DNA of 64,000 nucleotides from Pseudomonadota bacterium (GTDB lineage: Bacteria > Myxococcota_A > Polyangia > Palsa-1104 > JAEUJZ01), in the NCBI GenBank assembly GCA_035340095.1, contig DAORGN010000002.1, positions 1,160 through 65,159 of the forward strand. Reading direction: 5' to 3'. This document shows, piece after piece, positions 9,962 through 18,466 of the stretch (positions are counted from its first letter, which is position 1; every line of letters starts with the position of its first letter). The notes under the pieces are model-generated. The model was not told the origin of the DNA. It did no database searches and saw nothing but the letters and a program-made list of their open reading frames with translations. The position numbers and the translations under genes are program-made.

Positions 9962-12463
9962 TTAGTTCCCTCGCGGCTTGATCATCTGGAAGTAGCGCTT
10001 GACGTAGAAGCGATAGCCCGGCGGGACGCGCTGTTTCGACATCACTTCTTCGGACACCGCCGTGTAGTCGCCGTAGACCTTGCGGTACGACGCTGTCGCG
10101 AAGCCTTTTTCTGCTGCGCCCGAGATCGTCTGCGAGCGGCTGGGTCCAGCGCCTTCTTTGCCATAGACCCGCGTCAGCTTGCGCTTGCTTTCAATCTGCG
10201 TCACATCACCGAGGAAGTTCGGATCGTGCTGTGTCCCTGGCCGGTCACCCTCTTTGCCTTGCCCCGGTCCGCCTTGGCCGTTTTGATTGCCCTGACCGCC
10301 TTGCCCTTGTCCGGGTCCGCCCGTCCCTGGTGACGCTTGCCCTGGCATCAGCACGATCGTCGTCTGTCCGTCTTGGCCACTTCCACCGAGCACCAACGTC
10401 TGGCCATCGCCGTCGCCGTTTGCCCGTTTTTTGAAATCCTGCATGTCTTTTTGGCCCTGGCCTTGACCCTGGCCTTGACCGCTTTTGCCAAGCCGCCGCA
10501 GCACCTGCTTGATCTGGTCGAGCGTGACGATGTTCTGCTTCTGCCCGGCTTTCTGTTTGGCCAGCTTGCGGACCTCGTCTTGGTAACGAGAAATCTCGCG
10601 CGACAGCTCTTCCATCGCCTGACGCTGATCCGGCGTCATTTTTTCCAGCGACTGCCGCATCCGTTCTGCCGCTTGCTGCAGATCGCGCTGGAGCTCCCGC
10701 ATCTGCTTTTGTGCTTCCTGTTTTTCGCGCAGCTGTTTTTCAACCTGCGAGAGCTGCTGCTGCTTTTGCGCCAGATCCTTTTGCGCGGCTTTGTCCTGCG
10801 GATTTTTCTTTAGCTGTTCTTGCAGACGGCGAATGTCCTCTTCGAGCTGCTTTTTTTGCTCTTTGAGCTTGCGGATTTCGTCCTCGAACTTTTGCTGCTC
10901 GCGCTCCATTTCCGACAGAAGCTTGCGTGCTTCATTTTGGTATTCGGGACGCTGATTGCCTTCCAGTCGCTGAAGCTGTCGTTCGCCCGGACCGTCGGCG
11001 TTTAGCTTTTGCTCGAGCTGTTCAAGCTGGCGCTGCGTTTTTTTCAGCCGTCGCTCGGTCTCTTCGTCCTGCGGATTTTCCGCCAGCTTCTTTTTGAGCC
11101 GTCGCTCTTCTTCGCGCAGCTCCTCACGGTTTTTTTCCAGCTCGTTTCGCTGCTGCTGCTTTTGCGCAAGCTCTTGCTTCTGCTTTTCCTGTTCTTGCCG
11201 AAGCTGCTCGGCGAGCTTCTGTTCCGCTTGTTTTAGCTCGTCGAGCTTGCGCCGCGCTTCGCTGTCGTTTGGGTTCTTTTCGATCTGCTGCTCAAGCTTG
11301 CGTTTTTCGTCGCGCAGCTCGTTTAGTTTTTGGCTGATTTCCTCGGACTTGTTTTTGGCCTGCCACTCGTCTTTTTGGCTCGCCCCGTCTTGCTTGTTCG
11401 TCGGTGTGTTTTCGTCGGGCCGGCTCGACATCGCTTTGGCGGCTCGCTCGAACGCTTCGGCCATCTGCTGTTTGTCCGCCGCTGCCGCTCTCGCCAGCGC
11501 TTTGTCCGCCAGCTCTTTTAGCTCCGCTTTCGCTTTGTCGAGATCGTCTTTGACCAGCGCTTGGCCAAGCTCCTGCGTCAGTTTCGATTCGCGCAGCTCA
11601 CTGCCGGCGCGGTGCAGTTGTTTTTCCATTTCAGCCAGCGTCGCTTCGGTGCCTTGGCGGACGCGCTGTTCGATTTCGCTGAGCCGTTCGAACGCTTGCT
11701 GCCGGGTCAGTTCACCCCGCTCGACTTGCTGGAGCAGATCGAGCATTTCGCGCAGAAGCTGTGCCGTTTCGTGATCGCCGCGCTGCTCGGCCTCGGCCAG
11801 CTTTTGCAAAAGCTCCTCACGCTCGGGCCCCAGAAGTTCAGGATCGATGTGCAACGTGTCCGCCATCGCTGCACTGGGTGTCGATTTGGCTTTTTCCGTC
11901 GGCAGTTTCGGACGCTCAAAACGCACAAACAGCAGCAGTCCATTGAGCGCGACAAGCACACCCAGCAGCGGCAGAAATGGCGGTTTTTTCCACGGTGCAG
12001 CGACGGAAGGCTGGACCTTTTGGGCGACCTGCGCGGCATCATGGACCGCCAGTTCCGCGAGCCCTTTGGCAAAGTCGGTCGGCGCAAGCGGTGTATGTCC
12101 CGCCGCAAACTGAATGGCCGACGACAGACGATCGTGCAGCGCGTGGCTTTTGTCGATGATCCCCGCCACCCACAGCGGATCGATTCGCCGCAGCGACAGA
12201 CCCACTGCCGTCAGCAGCACACCAACTGGACAGAGCAGCGCAAGTCGCACCAGCCAAAAACGGCTGAGCAGTTCCAGCCGAAACAAGAGCAGCGCGATCA
12301 GCATGACCGTCGCCGCTGCAATCAGTCCATGGACCACGCCGCGCGCCGCCGCTTGCAGCCGGAGCCGCCACCGCACCTTTGCCACCTTGGCCATGACTTG
12401 GGCCAGATCGTCTGCTGCAAAGCGAAATGCGGGCGACTCGTCGCGAGGCAACTGGTTTCCCAT
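9962..12463 (-). CDS. DUF4175-like membrane protein with long Gln/Glu/Lys/Gly-rich low-complexity coiled-coil region
   Basis: 833 aa. It has 2-3 predicted TM helices in the first 180 aa. A roughly 500 aa E/K/Q/R-rich coiled-coil region follows, then GQGQGQ/GQGNQNGQ Gly-Gln tracts. The conserved-looking tail is VYGDYTAVSEEV...YFQMIKP. This architecture matches my memory of TIGR02302/DUF4175. Confidence 0.55.
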   Translation of the reverse strand: MGNQLPRDESPAFRFAADDLAQVMAKVAKVRWRLRLQAAARGVVHGLIAAATVMLIALLLFRLELLSRFWLVRLALLCPVGVLLTAVGLSLRRIDPLWVAGIIDKSHALHDRLSSAIQFAAGHTPLAPTDFAKGLAELAVHDAAQVAQKVQPSVAAPWKKPPFLPLLGVLVALNGLLLFVRFERPKLPTEKAKSTPSAAMADTLHIDPELLGPEREELLQKLAEAEQRGDHETAQLLREMLDLLQQVERGELTRQQAFERLSEIEQRVRQGTEATLAEMEKQLHRAGSELRESKLTQELGQALVKDDLDKAKAELKELADKALARAAAADKQQMAEAFERAAKAMSSRPDENTPTNKQDGASQKDEWQAKNKSEEISQKLNELRDEKRKLEQQIEKNPNDSEARRKLDELKQAEQKLAEQLRQEQEKQKQELAQKQQQRNELEKNREELREEERRLKKKLAENPQDEETERRLKKTQRQLEQLEQKLNADGPGERQLQRLEGNQRPEYQNEARKLLSEMEREQQKFEDEIRKLKEQKKQLEEDIRRLQEQLKKNPQDKAAQKDLAQKQQQLSQVEKQLREKQEAQKQMRELQRDLQQAAERMRQSLEKMTPDQRQAMEELSREISRYQDEVRKLAKQKAGQKQNIVTLDQIKQVLRRLGKSGQGQGQGQGQKDMQDFKKRANGDGDGQTLVLGGSGQDGQTTIVLMPGQASPGTGGPGQGQGGQGNQNGQGGPGQGKEGDRPGTQHDPNFLGDVTQIESKRKLTRVYGKEGAGPSRSQTISGAAEKGFATASYRKVYGDYTAVSEEVMSKQRVPPGYRFYVKRYFQMIKPRGN

Positions 12464-12511
12464 GCGCAGGTTTCTTTCGGTAAAAAGTGTAAAGGTCGCC
12501 GGCCCGGTTGG

Positions 12512-13093
12512 CTACCGCCGCAGCCTGGATTGCGCCGTTTCAAGCGCTGCGGGCGTATCCACATCGACCAGTACTTCGGGATCGTCGACCGGAACGCGCA
12601 GCGGCGGATGTGTATCGCGCAGCGCTCGCAAAGAAGTCGACGACGGCAGCGCCAGCACATCGGCAAACTGTTCCGACGGTAGCCAAACGGGATGTCCGCC
12701 GCGATCAGCAAACGTCGGCACCAGCCAGCGTCGTCGATCTGCGGCCAGCAGTGTTTTGATCGTCGCAGTCTGCACGAGCGGCACGTCGACGGGCCACAAG
12801 AGCACGCCTTCGACGGGAGCCAGCGCTCGCAGTCCGCAGCTTATCGACGACAACATGCCTTCTTCGGGGGCCGGATTCCAGACCAGATCAACCGGCGACG
12901 CGGATTTCTTAATCCAGCGCGCAATCTCGTCGCCGTGTGGTTTCGCCAACACCACTTTGGGCGTGCGGATTCCCAGCTCGTCGAGCACCGACAAAATTCG
13001 ATCGATCACCACCGAGTCACCGAGCGGACAGAGCGCTTTGGGTGTGCCCATTCGACGGGATGCACCTGCCGATAGGATCAGCGCGTCGATCAT
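12512..13093 (-). CDS. MobA-like NTP-transferase domain protein (molybdenum cofactor cytidylyltransferase MocA-like)
   Basis: The N-terminus MIDALILSAGASRRMGTPKAL is the MobA/MocA nucleotidyltransferase signature. It overlaps the upstream xdhC-like gene by 4 nt (ATGA). Confidence 0.65.
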   Translation of the reverse strand: MIDALILSAGASRRMGTPKALCPLGDSVVIDRILSVLDELGIRTPKVVLAKPHGDEIARWIKKSASPVDLVWNPAPEEGMLSSISCGLRALAPVEGVLLWPVDVPLVQTATIKTLLAADRRRWLVPTFADRGGHPVWLPSEQFADVLALPSSTSLRALRDTHPPLRVPVDDPEVLVDVDTPAALETAQSRLRR

Positions 13094-13971
13094 GCCAGCT
13101 TGGATGCCTCGGCCAGCAGTCGTGGCGCTGCGGTGCGTGCGGTTTCGCTGTGCGGCTGTGCGGCGGGTTTCGCTGCGTGGTTTCGACGGGCACTTCGCAC
13201 CGCGGTAAGCTCGGCGGCAATCGCCAGCGCAATTTCAGCCGGGGTTTCGGCGCCGATCGGCAGACCAATCGGTGCATGGATTTGGGCAATCTCCGCTTCG
13301 GGAAAACCCTTGTGAAGAAGTCGCTTTTGAAACGTCGTCACTTTGCGCTGCGAACCAATCATCCCAAGATACGCGAGCGGTTTGCCCAGAAGCTGTTCGA
13401 GGATGGCCTGATCGGTCGCATGCTCGCGCGTCACCACCACCACATACGTCCGCTTGTCGAGCGGGATGTCTTTCCAGTCGCGTACATCGAAGCTGTCGAT
13501 GATCTGGGTATCAGGAAAGCGCTCTGGGTTGCCAAGCTCGGGCAAATCTTCGACGACAATCGGGACAAAATCGAGCGGCCTCAAAAGCGGAACCAGCGCT
13601 TTGGCGACGTGACCTCCACCGCAGACGATCACCAGTTCATCGGGAAACATGGGCTCCAGCAGGATCTCCATTTCGCCACCACAGCACATCGCCAGCTCGT
13701 GTGTCAGGTGATAACGGACGCGCTCGCACTGGGCTTTTTGGCCGAGCGCAAGAAGCTCCGCCGCGCGAAGCAGCACCTGCCGTTCGACGCGCCCACCGCC
13801 GATCGTGCCGACTTGGTCGATGTGACCTGCGACTTTGCGAATCAGCATGCGCGTGGCGTGTTTGCGCGGTGTACTTCCAGCCGTCCTGACGACGGTGCAA
13901 AGCACCATGCTTTCACGGGCTCTGCTCGACGCAAGCAGTGCCTCAAAGACCTCAACCTCGCGGCTCACCAA
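13090..13971 (-). CDS. XdhC/CoxI-family molybdenum hydroxylase maturation factor
   Basis: The XdhC_CoxI N-domain (VLCTVVRTAGSTPR) and the XdhC Rossmann domain (LVIVCGGGHVAKAL) are both present. Confidence 0.75.
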   Translation of the reverse strand: MVSREVEVFEALLASSRARESMVLCTVVRTAGSTPRKHATRMLIRKVAGHIDQVGTIGGGRVERQVLLRAAELLALGQKAQCERVRYHLTHELAMCCGGEMEILLEPMFPDELVIVCGGGHVAKALVPLLRPLDFVPIVVEDLPELGNPERFPDTQIIDSFDVRDWKDIPLDKRTYVVVVTREHATDQAILEQLLGKPLAYLGMIGSQRKVTTFQKRLLHKGFPEAEIAQIHAPIGLPIGAETPAEIALAIAAELTAVRSARRNHAAKPAAQPHSETARTAAPRLLAEASKLA

Positions 13972-14035
13972 ACGCTCCGAAACGACACCGCCCAGGTCTT
14001 AGCACAGCTTGGCGTTCTTGGTCAGGGCGCCCAGC

Positions 14036-15448
14036 TTAGCTGCTGCGTGGTCCGAGCGCTTCTTTGCGCATCATCGCATCGACGAGGAAAAACAGCGCAA
14101 AGTAGGCATCTTCGATGGTCGAGCGGCTGGATTCGGCGCTGTGGCCGGCCTGTCGAAAGCGCAGATAACGATCCGCAGGCAGTCCCAGCACCAGTGCACG
14201 CCAGGCCGGTCCTTCATCCGGTTCGCGCGCGGTATCGCTCACTTGCAGCGAAAAAAAGATGCCAACGGTCCGTCGGACAGCCTGCACGTACTGCGTCGCG
14301 TGGATCAGCCGCTCGACTTCTTGCACTTGCGCGCGCTGCGGACCGGGCGCAAGCAGCATGCTGAGGCCTTGATCGCGGCCCGCGGCTTCCATGCGCGGCG
14401 GCTGCGGCTGTAGCGGCGGTTTGCTCGGCTGCGCCAGCCGCGATCCCGGCATCGTCTTGTCGAGCGCCGCGGCACCATGCGGGCGGGGCGGGGCGGCTTG
14501 CGGCGGCGTATCCACGGCAATGGGACGCGGCGGACGGCTTGCGCGCGGGCGGATGATTTCTTCGACCGCGGGGAGCTGTTGACCGTCGGCGCGAACGGCT
14601 TGCACCACTTCGCTGGACTGATCGGGATTGGGCAGCGGCGGTGCCGACAGACCACTCATCGGCAGAATCTCTTGCGAGCGTCCGGCCTGTTCCCGCAGCA
14701 GTGCCGATTCGTCGATGCGCAGTGGCTGATCGAGCGTGTAGCGCTGGACCAGGCTGCGCAGTGCGGCTTGGGCTTCGTGGGCCGCCAGCATTCGACGCGC
14801 CGTCACCATGTCATTGCCAAACGACAGATCGCTCGTCGGCATCGAACCGGTTTGACCCAGCTCGGGCCGTTTGCGCAGCGCACTGGCTAGCGCTTCGGTG
14901 GCGAGCATCCGGAACGAATCAAACACCCCTTGGCCCGTCGCTGCAATCATTGGAACTGACTGCGACTGCCGGATGCCGAACGCCGGTTCCAGATCCGACA
15001 GCGCCACCGCGTCCGCGAGATCGCGCTTGTTCCATGCGACGACGAGCGGCACATCTTGAAGCCGCATCCCCAGATCGAGCAGGCAGTTGCGCAGCTCCTC
15101 GAGCGCGGCGGCACATTCGTTTTCGCGGCCTCTGCGGCTGTCCCAGACAAACAGAATTCCGTCACAACCCGCGAGCAGCGCCCGTCTGGTCGATTCGTTT
15201 TGTACGCTGCCCGAACCGGCAAAGACCTGCGCGTGTACCGGGGCTCCCAAAAGCGGTGGTGGCGGCGGATAAAAGTCGAAAAACAGGGTCCGGTCGGCAC
15301 CTGTGTTCACCGAAACAATTTGGCCGCGTACCTCGGGGCGCAGCAGCTTGTGAAGCTGTGTCAGCGCCGTGGTTTTTCCAGCTCCTGCTGGCCCGTAATA
15401 CACGAGCTTGAGGAGCACTTCGCGAGCCTGCGAATAAAGCTGCGCCAC
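14036..15448 (-). CDS. MglA-family Ras-like GTPase with ~280 aa C-terminal extension
   Basis: The N-terminal 190 aa align block-for-block with Myxococcus MglA. KLVYYGPAGAGKTT matches KIVYYGPGLCGKTT, and DRTLFFDF, GILFVWDS, NKRDL and GVFDS have counterparts. A Pro-rich linker and a C-terminal globular region of about 100 aa follow. Confidence 0.8.
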   Translation of the reverse strand: MAQLYSQAREVLLKLVYYGPAGAGKTTALTQLHKLLRPEVRGQIVSVNTGADRTLFFDFYPPPPPLLGAPVHAQVFAGSGSVQNESTRRALLAGCDGILFVWDSRRGRENECAAALEELRNCLLDLGMRLQDVPLVVAWNKRDLADAVALSDLEPAFGIRQSQSVPMIAATGQGVFDSFRMLATEALASALRKRPELGQTGSMPTSDLSFGNDMVTARRMLAAHEAQAALRSLVQRYTLDQPLRIDESALLREQAGRSQEILPMSGLSAPPLPNPDQSSEVVQAVRADGQQLPAVEEIIRPRASRPPRPIAVDTPPQAAPPRPHGAAALDKTMPGSRLAQPSKPPLQPQPPRMEAAGRDQGLSMLLAPGPQRAQVQEVERLIHATQYVQAVRRTVGIFFSLQVSDTAREPDEGPAWRALVLGLPADRYLRFRQAGHSAESSRSTIEDAYFALFFLVDAMMRKEALGPRSS

Positions 15449-15558
15449 AATTTAGCAGCTTATCACATGGGAGTTTGTGCGGTTACGACGTTTGCAGCGA
15501 CGGGATTAGCGGGGCAAACCGTGGTTCGAAAGGCTGCAAACCAGGCGAAGGACGAGGA

Positions 15559-16173
15559 CTAGGGCAGGTAGATGCGGGTGAGCGCCTGACCGCCCGCGTA
15601 GTGGCAGAGGTTGCAATCGACGCGGACTGTGGCGCCGGTGGCCGGGTCCTGACCGACTTTCTGGATCATGGTCTGGACTCGTTTTGCGGTGCTACAGTCG
15701 GGGCCGGTCGTCTCACAGACGCGGGCAATCATCGGCGCGGTAAACTTCGTCGCGGTATAGAAGTTACCGACGGAGTTGGTCGTTAGACGTCCTTTCGGCT
15801 GGACCTGACCGTACTTGTAGGCGCCTTGCGGATCGTCTTGTCCGTAGAGGATCTCGACCACCATGTTTGGCAAGCCCTCGCCGGAATTACAGCCCGAGGT
15901 CTTGTTTGCAAACAGCGTTCCCGAGACAGTCCACGGTGAGTTTTTTGCCTGTCCACCTGTGCTATGGCATGCGCCGCACACCCGACCGGGCAGCATCGTG
16001 GCAGTTGCCATTTTCATGGCATCGGTAGGGTCTTCCCCCTGACAACTGGCCTGCGCTTCGGCTGGAACTGTCAGTCCGTCGGTATCTCCGCATGCACTTG
16101 TCCCAAGCAGAGCCAGGCCCAGGCCCAGAGCCGACAGCCAACCAAGCGGCCTTCTCCCACGATGCGAACTCAT
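15559..16173 (-). CDS. lipoprotein with two CXXCH haem-binding motifs (putative c-type cytochrome)
   Basis: Start taken at MSSHRG..., which has a GGAG ribosome-binding site 6 nt upstream. The signal peptide carries lipobox LGTSAC. CGACH and CNLCH motifs are present. It is paralogous to the adjacent upstream gene. Confidence 0.6.
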   Translation of the reverse strand: MSSHRGRRPLGWLSALGLGLALLGTSACGDTDGLTVPAEAQASCQGEDPTDAMKMATATMLPGRVCGACHSTGGQAKNSPWTVSGTLFANKTSGCNSGEGLPNMVVEILYGQDDPQGAYKYGQVQPKGRLTTNSVGNFYTATKFTAPMIARVCETTGPDCSTAKRVQTMIQKVGQDPATGATVRVDCNLCHYAGGQALTRIYLP

Positions 16174-16195
16174 ATTGACTACTCCTTTTCTGTCA

Positions 16196-16705
16196 TCATT
16201 GGATGTAAATGCGGTCCGCCGCCAACCCACTGGCGAAATGGCAACTCGCGCAGCCGGTGGTGAGGTCAACTGCTCCGGTCATCTTGAGCAACATCGCGCC
16301 CTTCGAGACTCGAGCGGTTGCGTTTTTGAAGGCGGCGTTCGTCGGGAAGTGGAAATTTCCGACGGAATTCGTCATGGTGCTGGCGATGACGTTGCCCGCG
16401 GTGTCAAGGATGTCGACTTTGACGTCGGCAACTCCACCCGTGTTGCAGGTCTTGCTGTTCTTGGCTCCGTACACCGTACCACCCGTGCCGAGGATCTTGT
16501 CGGCGGCTTGCTGACCGGCTGCGTGGCAAGTCATGCAGTTGCGGCCCGGTAGCATTGCGTCCGACGCCTTCAGCATCTCGGCGGTTGGCTCTTCGCAGCC
16601 CGCTTTGGCTTGCGGTGCCGCATTGAGGTCCGCGGTATCGCCACAACCAACACCAAACAGGGGCATCGCAAACAGCAGGGCACAAGCAATGGTTCGTAGG
16701 TTCAT
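16196..16705 (-). CDS. lipoprotein with two CXXCH haem-binding motifs (paralogue)
   Basis: Start at MNLRT with a GGAG ribosome-binding site. Lipobox FGVGC. CMTCH and CASCH motifs are present, and an NSVGNF block is shared with the downstream paralogue. Confidence 0.6.
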   Translation of the reverse strand: MNLRTIACALLFAMPLFGVGCGDTADLNAAPQAKAGCEEPTAEMLKASDAMLPGRNCMTCHAAGQQAADKILGTGGTVYGAKNSKTCNTGGVADVKVDILDTAGNVIASTMTNSVGNFHFPTNAAFKNATARVSKGAMLLKMTGAVDLTTGCASCHFASGLAADRIYIQ

Positions 16706-16973
16706 CGTCACATCTCCTTTTCTCAGCAGTGCGAGCGCGTGCATCCTACGCTTTGTGCCCCCACGCCAATCTTATCTTCAAAGCCTAGGTGGCGAATAGG
16801 GGGCCTTGCGTTTGTGCGGCGGCGCTCCTTCGGTGCGACATCGCAAAACGGAGTGGTTCTGCGATTCGACCAGTGGTGCGCTTGGTTTCTGCCTCTGCGA
16901 GAGAAGGCCTGTTTTCAGGCGCCGCTTGTCCCGCACTTTGGGGTTTGGCACCTGCCTTGCTGATTGCAGCGGC

Positions 16974-18248
16974 ATGACCAACGACCAAACATCGACCCCT
17001 TCCTCTTCTTCTTCACCGGGCACCGCGTCCCACCGCTCGATTGGCATTGATGCCATCGCGTTTGCAGTGCCGCGGGCCTACGTTGAGCTGGCCGATCTGG
17101 CGGCTGCCCGAGGCGTTCCTCCGACCAAGTACATTCAAGGCTTGGGCGTCGTTCAGATGGCTGTGGCCCATCCGGACGAAGATCCCGTCACGCTCGCCAC
17201 CGAAGCGGCGCGGCGCTGTCTGATGGCGGCGGGGCGCTCTCCAGCGGAAATCGGCCTTTGCATCGTCGGTACCGAAACCGCGGTCGATCACTCCAAGCCG
17301 GTGTCGTCCTATCTGCACGGACTCCTTGGTTTGCCGTCGGCGTGCCGTGTGTTCGAAACCAAGCATGCTTGCTTTGGTGGCACTGCCGGTCTGCTCAATG
17401 CGGTCGACTGGCTGGCGGCGGGCTCTGCACGGGGCCGCTGTGCGCTGATCGTCTGCACCGACATTGCGCGGTATTCGGTTGGCACTGCGGGCGAGCCGAC
17501 CCAAGGCGCCGGCGCGGTCGCGATGCTGATCAGCGAAAATCCGCGACTTCTTGAGCTGGAACCGGGGATCACCGGCTGCTTTTCACAAAACGTCCACGAC
17601 TTTTGGCGACCGCTCTATCGAAAGGATGCGCTGGTCGACGGCCAGTTTTCGGTGCAGTGCTACCTCGACGCGCTCGCTGGAGCCTATGCCGAATGGCAGC
17701 GCCTGAGTGAAAGCAGCGAGCCGCTCGTGCGCACCTGCTACCACGTTCCTTACGGCAAAATGGCGCGCAAGGCCCATCAGCGCCGCTGCCAGCTCGACGG
17801 CATGACCGATGAAGCCGCCGACAAGAGCTTTGCCGTTGAAGTCGAGCCCTCGCTGCGGGTTCCTTCACAGGTCGGCAACATCTACACTGGCTCGCTTTAT
17901 CTTGCGCTCCTTTCGCTCCTCTACCACCAAGCGGCGGAGCTTTCGGGCAAGCGGATCGGACTATTTAGCTACGGCTCGGGCTGCGCCGCGGAGTTTTTCG
18001 CTGGCCGGGTGATGCCGACCGCTGCGGCCCAGATCGCGCGGGCTGGTGTCGATACAACGCTCGCCAATCGGCATCGGCTGGACATTCCGGTCTACGAGGA
18101 GCTGCGCAAAAACGACATTCATGTCGATCAGCGTCCATCCGAAATGCCGTCAGCCGCGGAAACCGGTGCCGCGCTCGCCATGGTCGATCGATCGCCGCGA
18201 TTTAACGGCATCGACAACCAAGAGCGCCGCATCTACACCGTCGCCTAA
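16974..18248 (+). CDS. mvaS: hydroxymethylglutaryl-CoA synthase
   Basis: The active-site block ETKHACFGGTAGL and overall HMGS architecture are present. The start is chosen at the ATG at 16974 (MTNDQ...). The ORF-track start at 16806 adds an implausible Cys-rich leader. Confidence 0.8.
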   Translation: MTNDQTSTPSSSSSPGTASHRSIGIDAIAFAVPRAYVELADLAAARGVPPTKYIQGLGVVQMAVAHPDEDPVTLATEAARRCLMAAGRSPAEIGLCIVGTETAVDHSKPVSSYLHGLLGLPSACRVFETKHACFGGTAGLLNAVDWLAAGSARGRCALIVCTDIARYSVGTAGEPTQGAGAVAMLISENPRLLELEPGITGCFSQNVHDFWRPLYRKDALVDGQFSVQCYLDALAGAYAEWQRLSESSEPLVRTCYHVPYGKMARKAHQRRCQLDGMTDEAADKSFAVEVEPSLRVPSQVGNIYTGSLYLALLSLLYHQAAELSGKRIGLFSYGSGCAAEFFAGRVMPTAAAQIARAGVDTTLANRHRLDIPVYEELRKNDIHVDQRPSEMPSAAETGAALAMVDRSPRFNGIDNQERRIYTVA

Positions 18249-18337
18249 TTCGGCAAGTGACGGCAGCCCGCTTTGCCTGCTCCGCATCGGAAAAGCGGGC
18301 CCGTTCAAGAAAAAATCAGCGCAGAGAGGGATTTTTC

Positions 18338-18367
18338 TTTACAGCGAAAAATCGGCCATGGTAGTAA
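18338..18367 (+). promoter_or_regulatory. candidate sigma-70-type promoter for tRNA-Ile (TTTACA-N18-TAGTAA)
   Basis: AT-rich hexamers stand out in GC-rich DNA. The -10 element ends about 21 nt before the tRNA 5' end. Confidence 0.35.
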
Positions 18368-18388
18368 GCCAATCCTCTCTCGCGTTTT

Positions 18389-18462
18389 GGGTGCATAGCT
18401 CAGGTGGTTAGAGCGCAGCCCTGATAAGGCTGAGGTCCCTGGTTCGAATCCAGGTGCACCCA
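18389..18462 (+). tRNA. tRNA-Ile (anticodon GAT)
   Basis: A cloverleaf can be drawn. The acceptor is GGGTGCA/TGCACCC, the D-arm GCTC...GAGC, the anticodon stem CAGCC/GGCTG with loop CTGATAA (anticodon GAU), and the T-loop TTCGAAT. The discriminator is A. No CCA is encoded. Confidence 0.85.
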
Positions 18463-18466
18463 CTCG

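Noticed and set aside
10337-12682. Several long plus-strand ORFs (10337-10813, 11009-11236, 11094-11774 Ser-rich, 11561-12682) overlapping the DUF4175-like gene
   Set aside because: These are alternative-frame or antisense readings of a low-complexity GAG/CAG/AAG-rich coding region. Their translations are homopolymeric (Ser, Leu, Arg-rich) with no start context. The minus-strand frame has TM helices and a coherent coiled coil.
12114-14364. Plus-strand ORFs 12114-13208 (364 aa, Ser/Thr-rich) and 12937-14364 (475 aa)
   Set aside because: These are antisense shadows of the mocA-like and xdhC genes in GC-rich DNA. They have no recognisable motifs, whereas the minus-strand products have clean family signatures.
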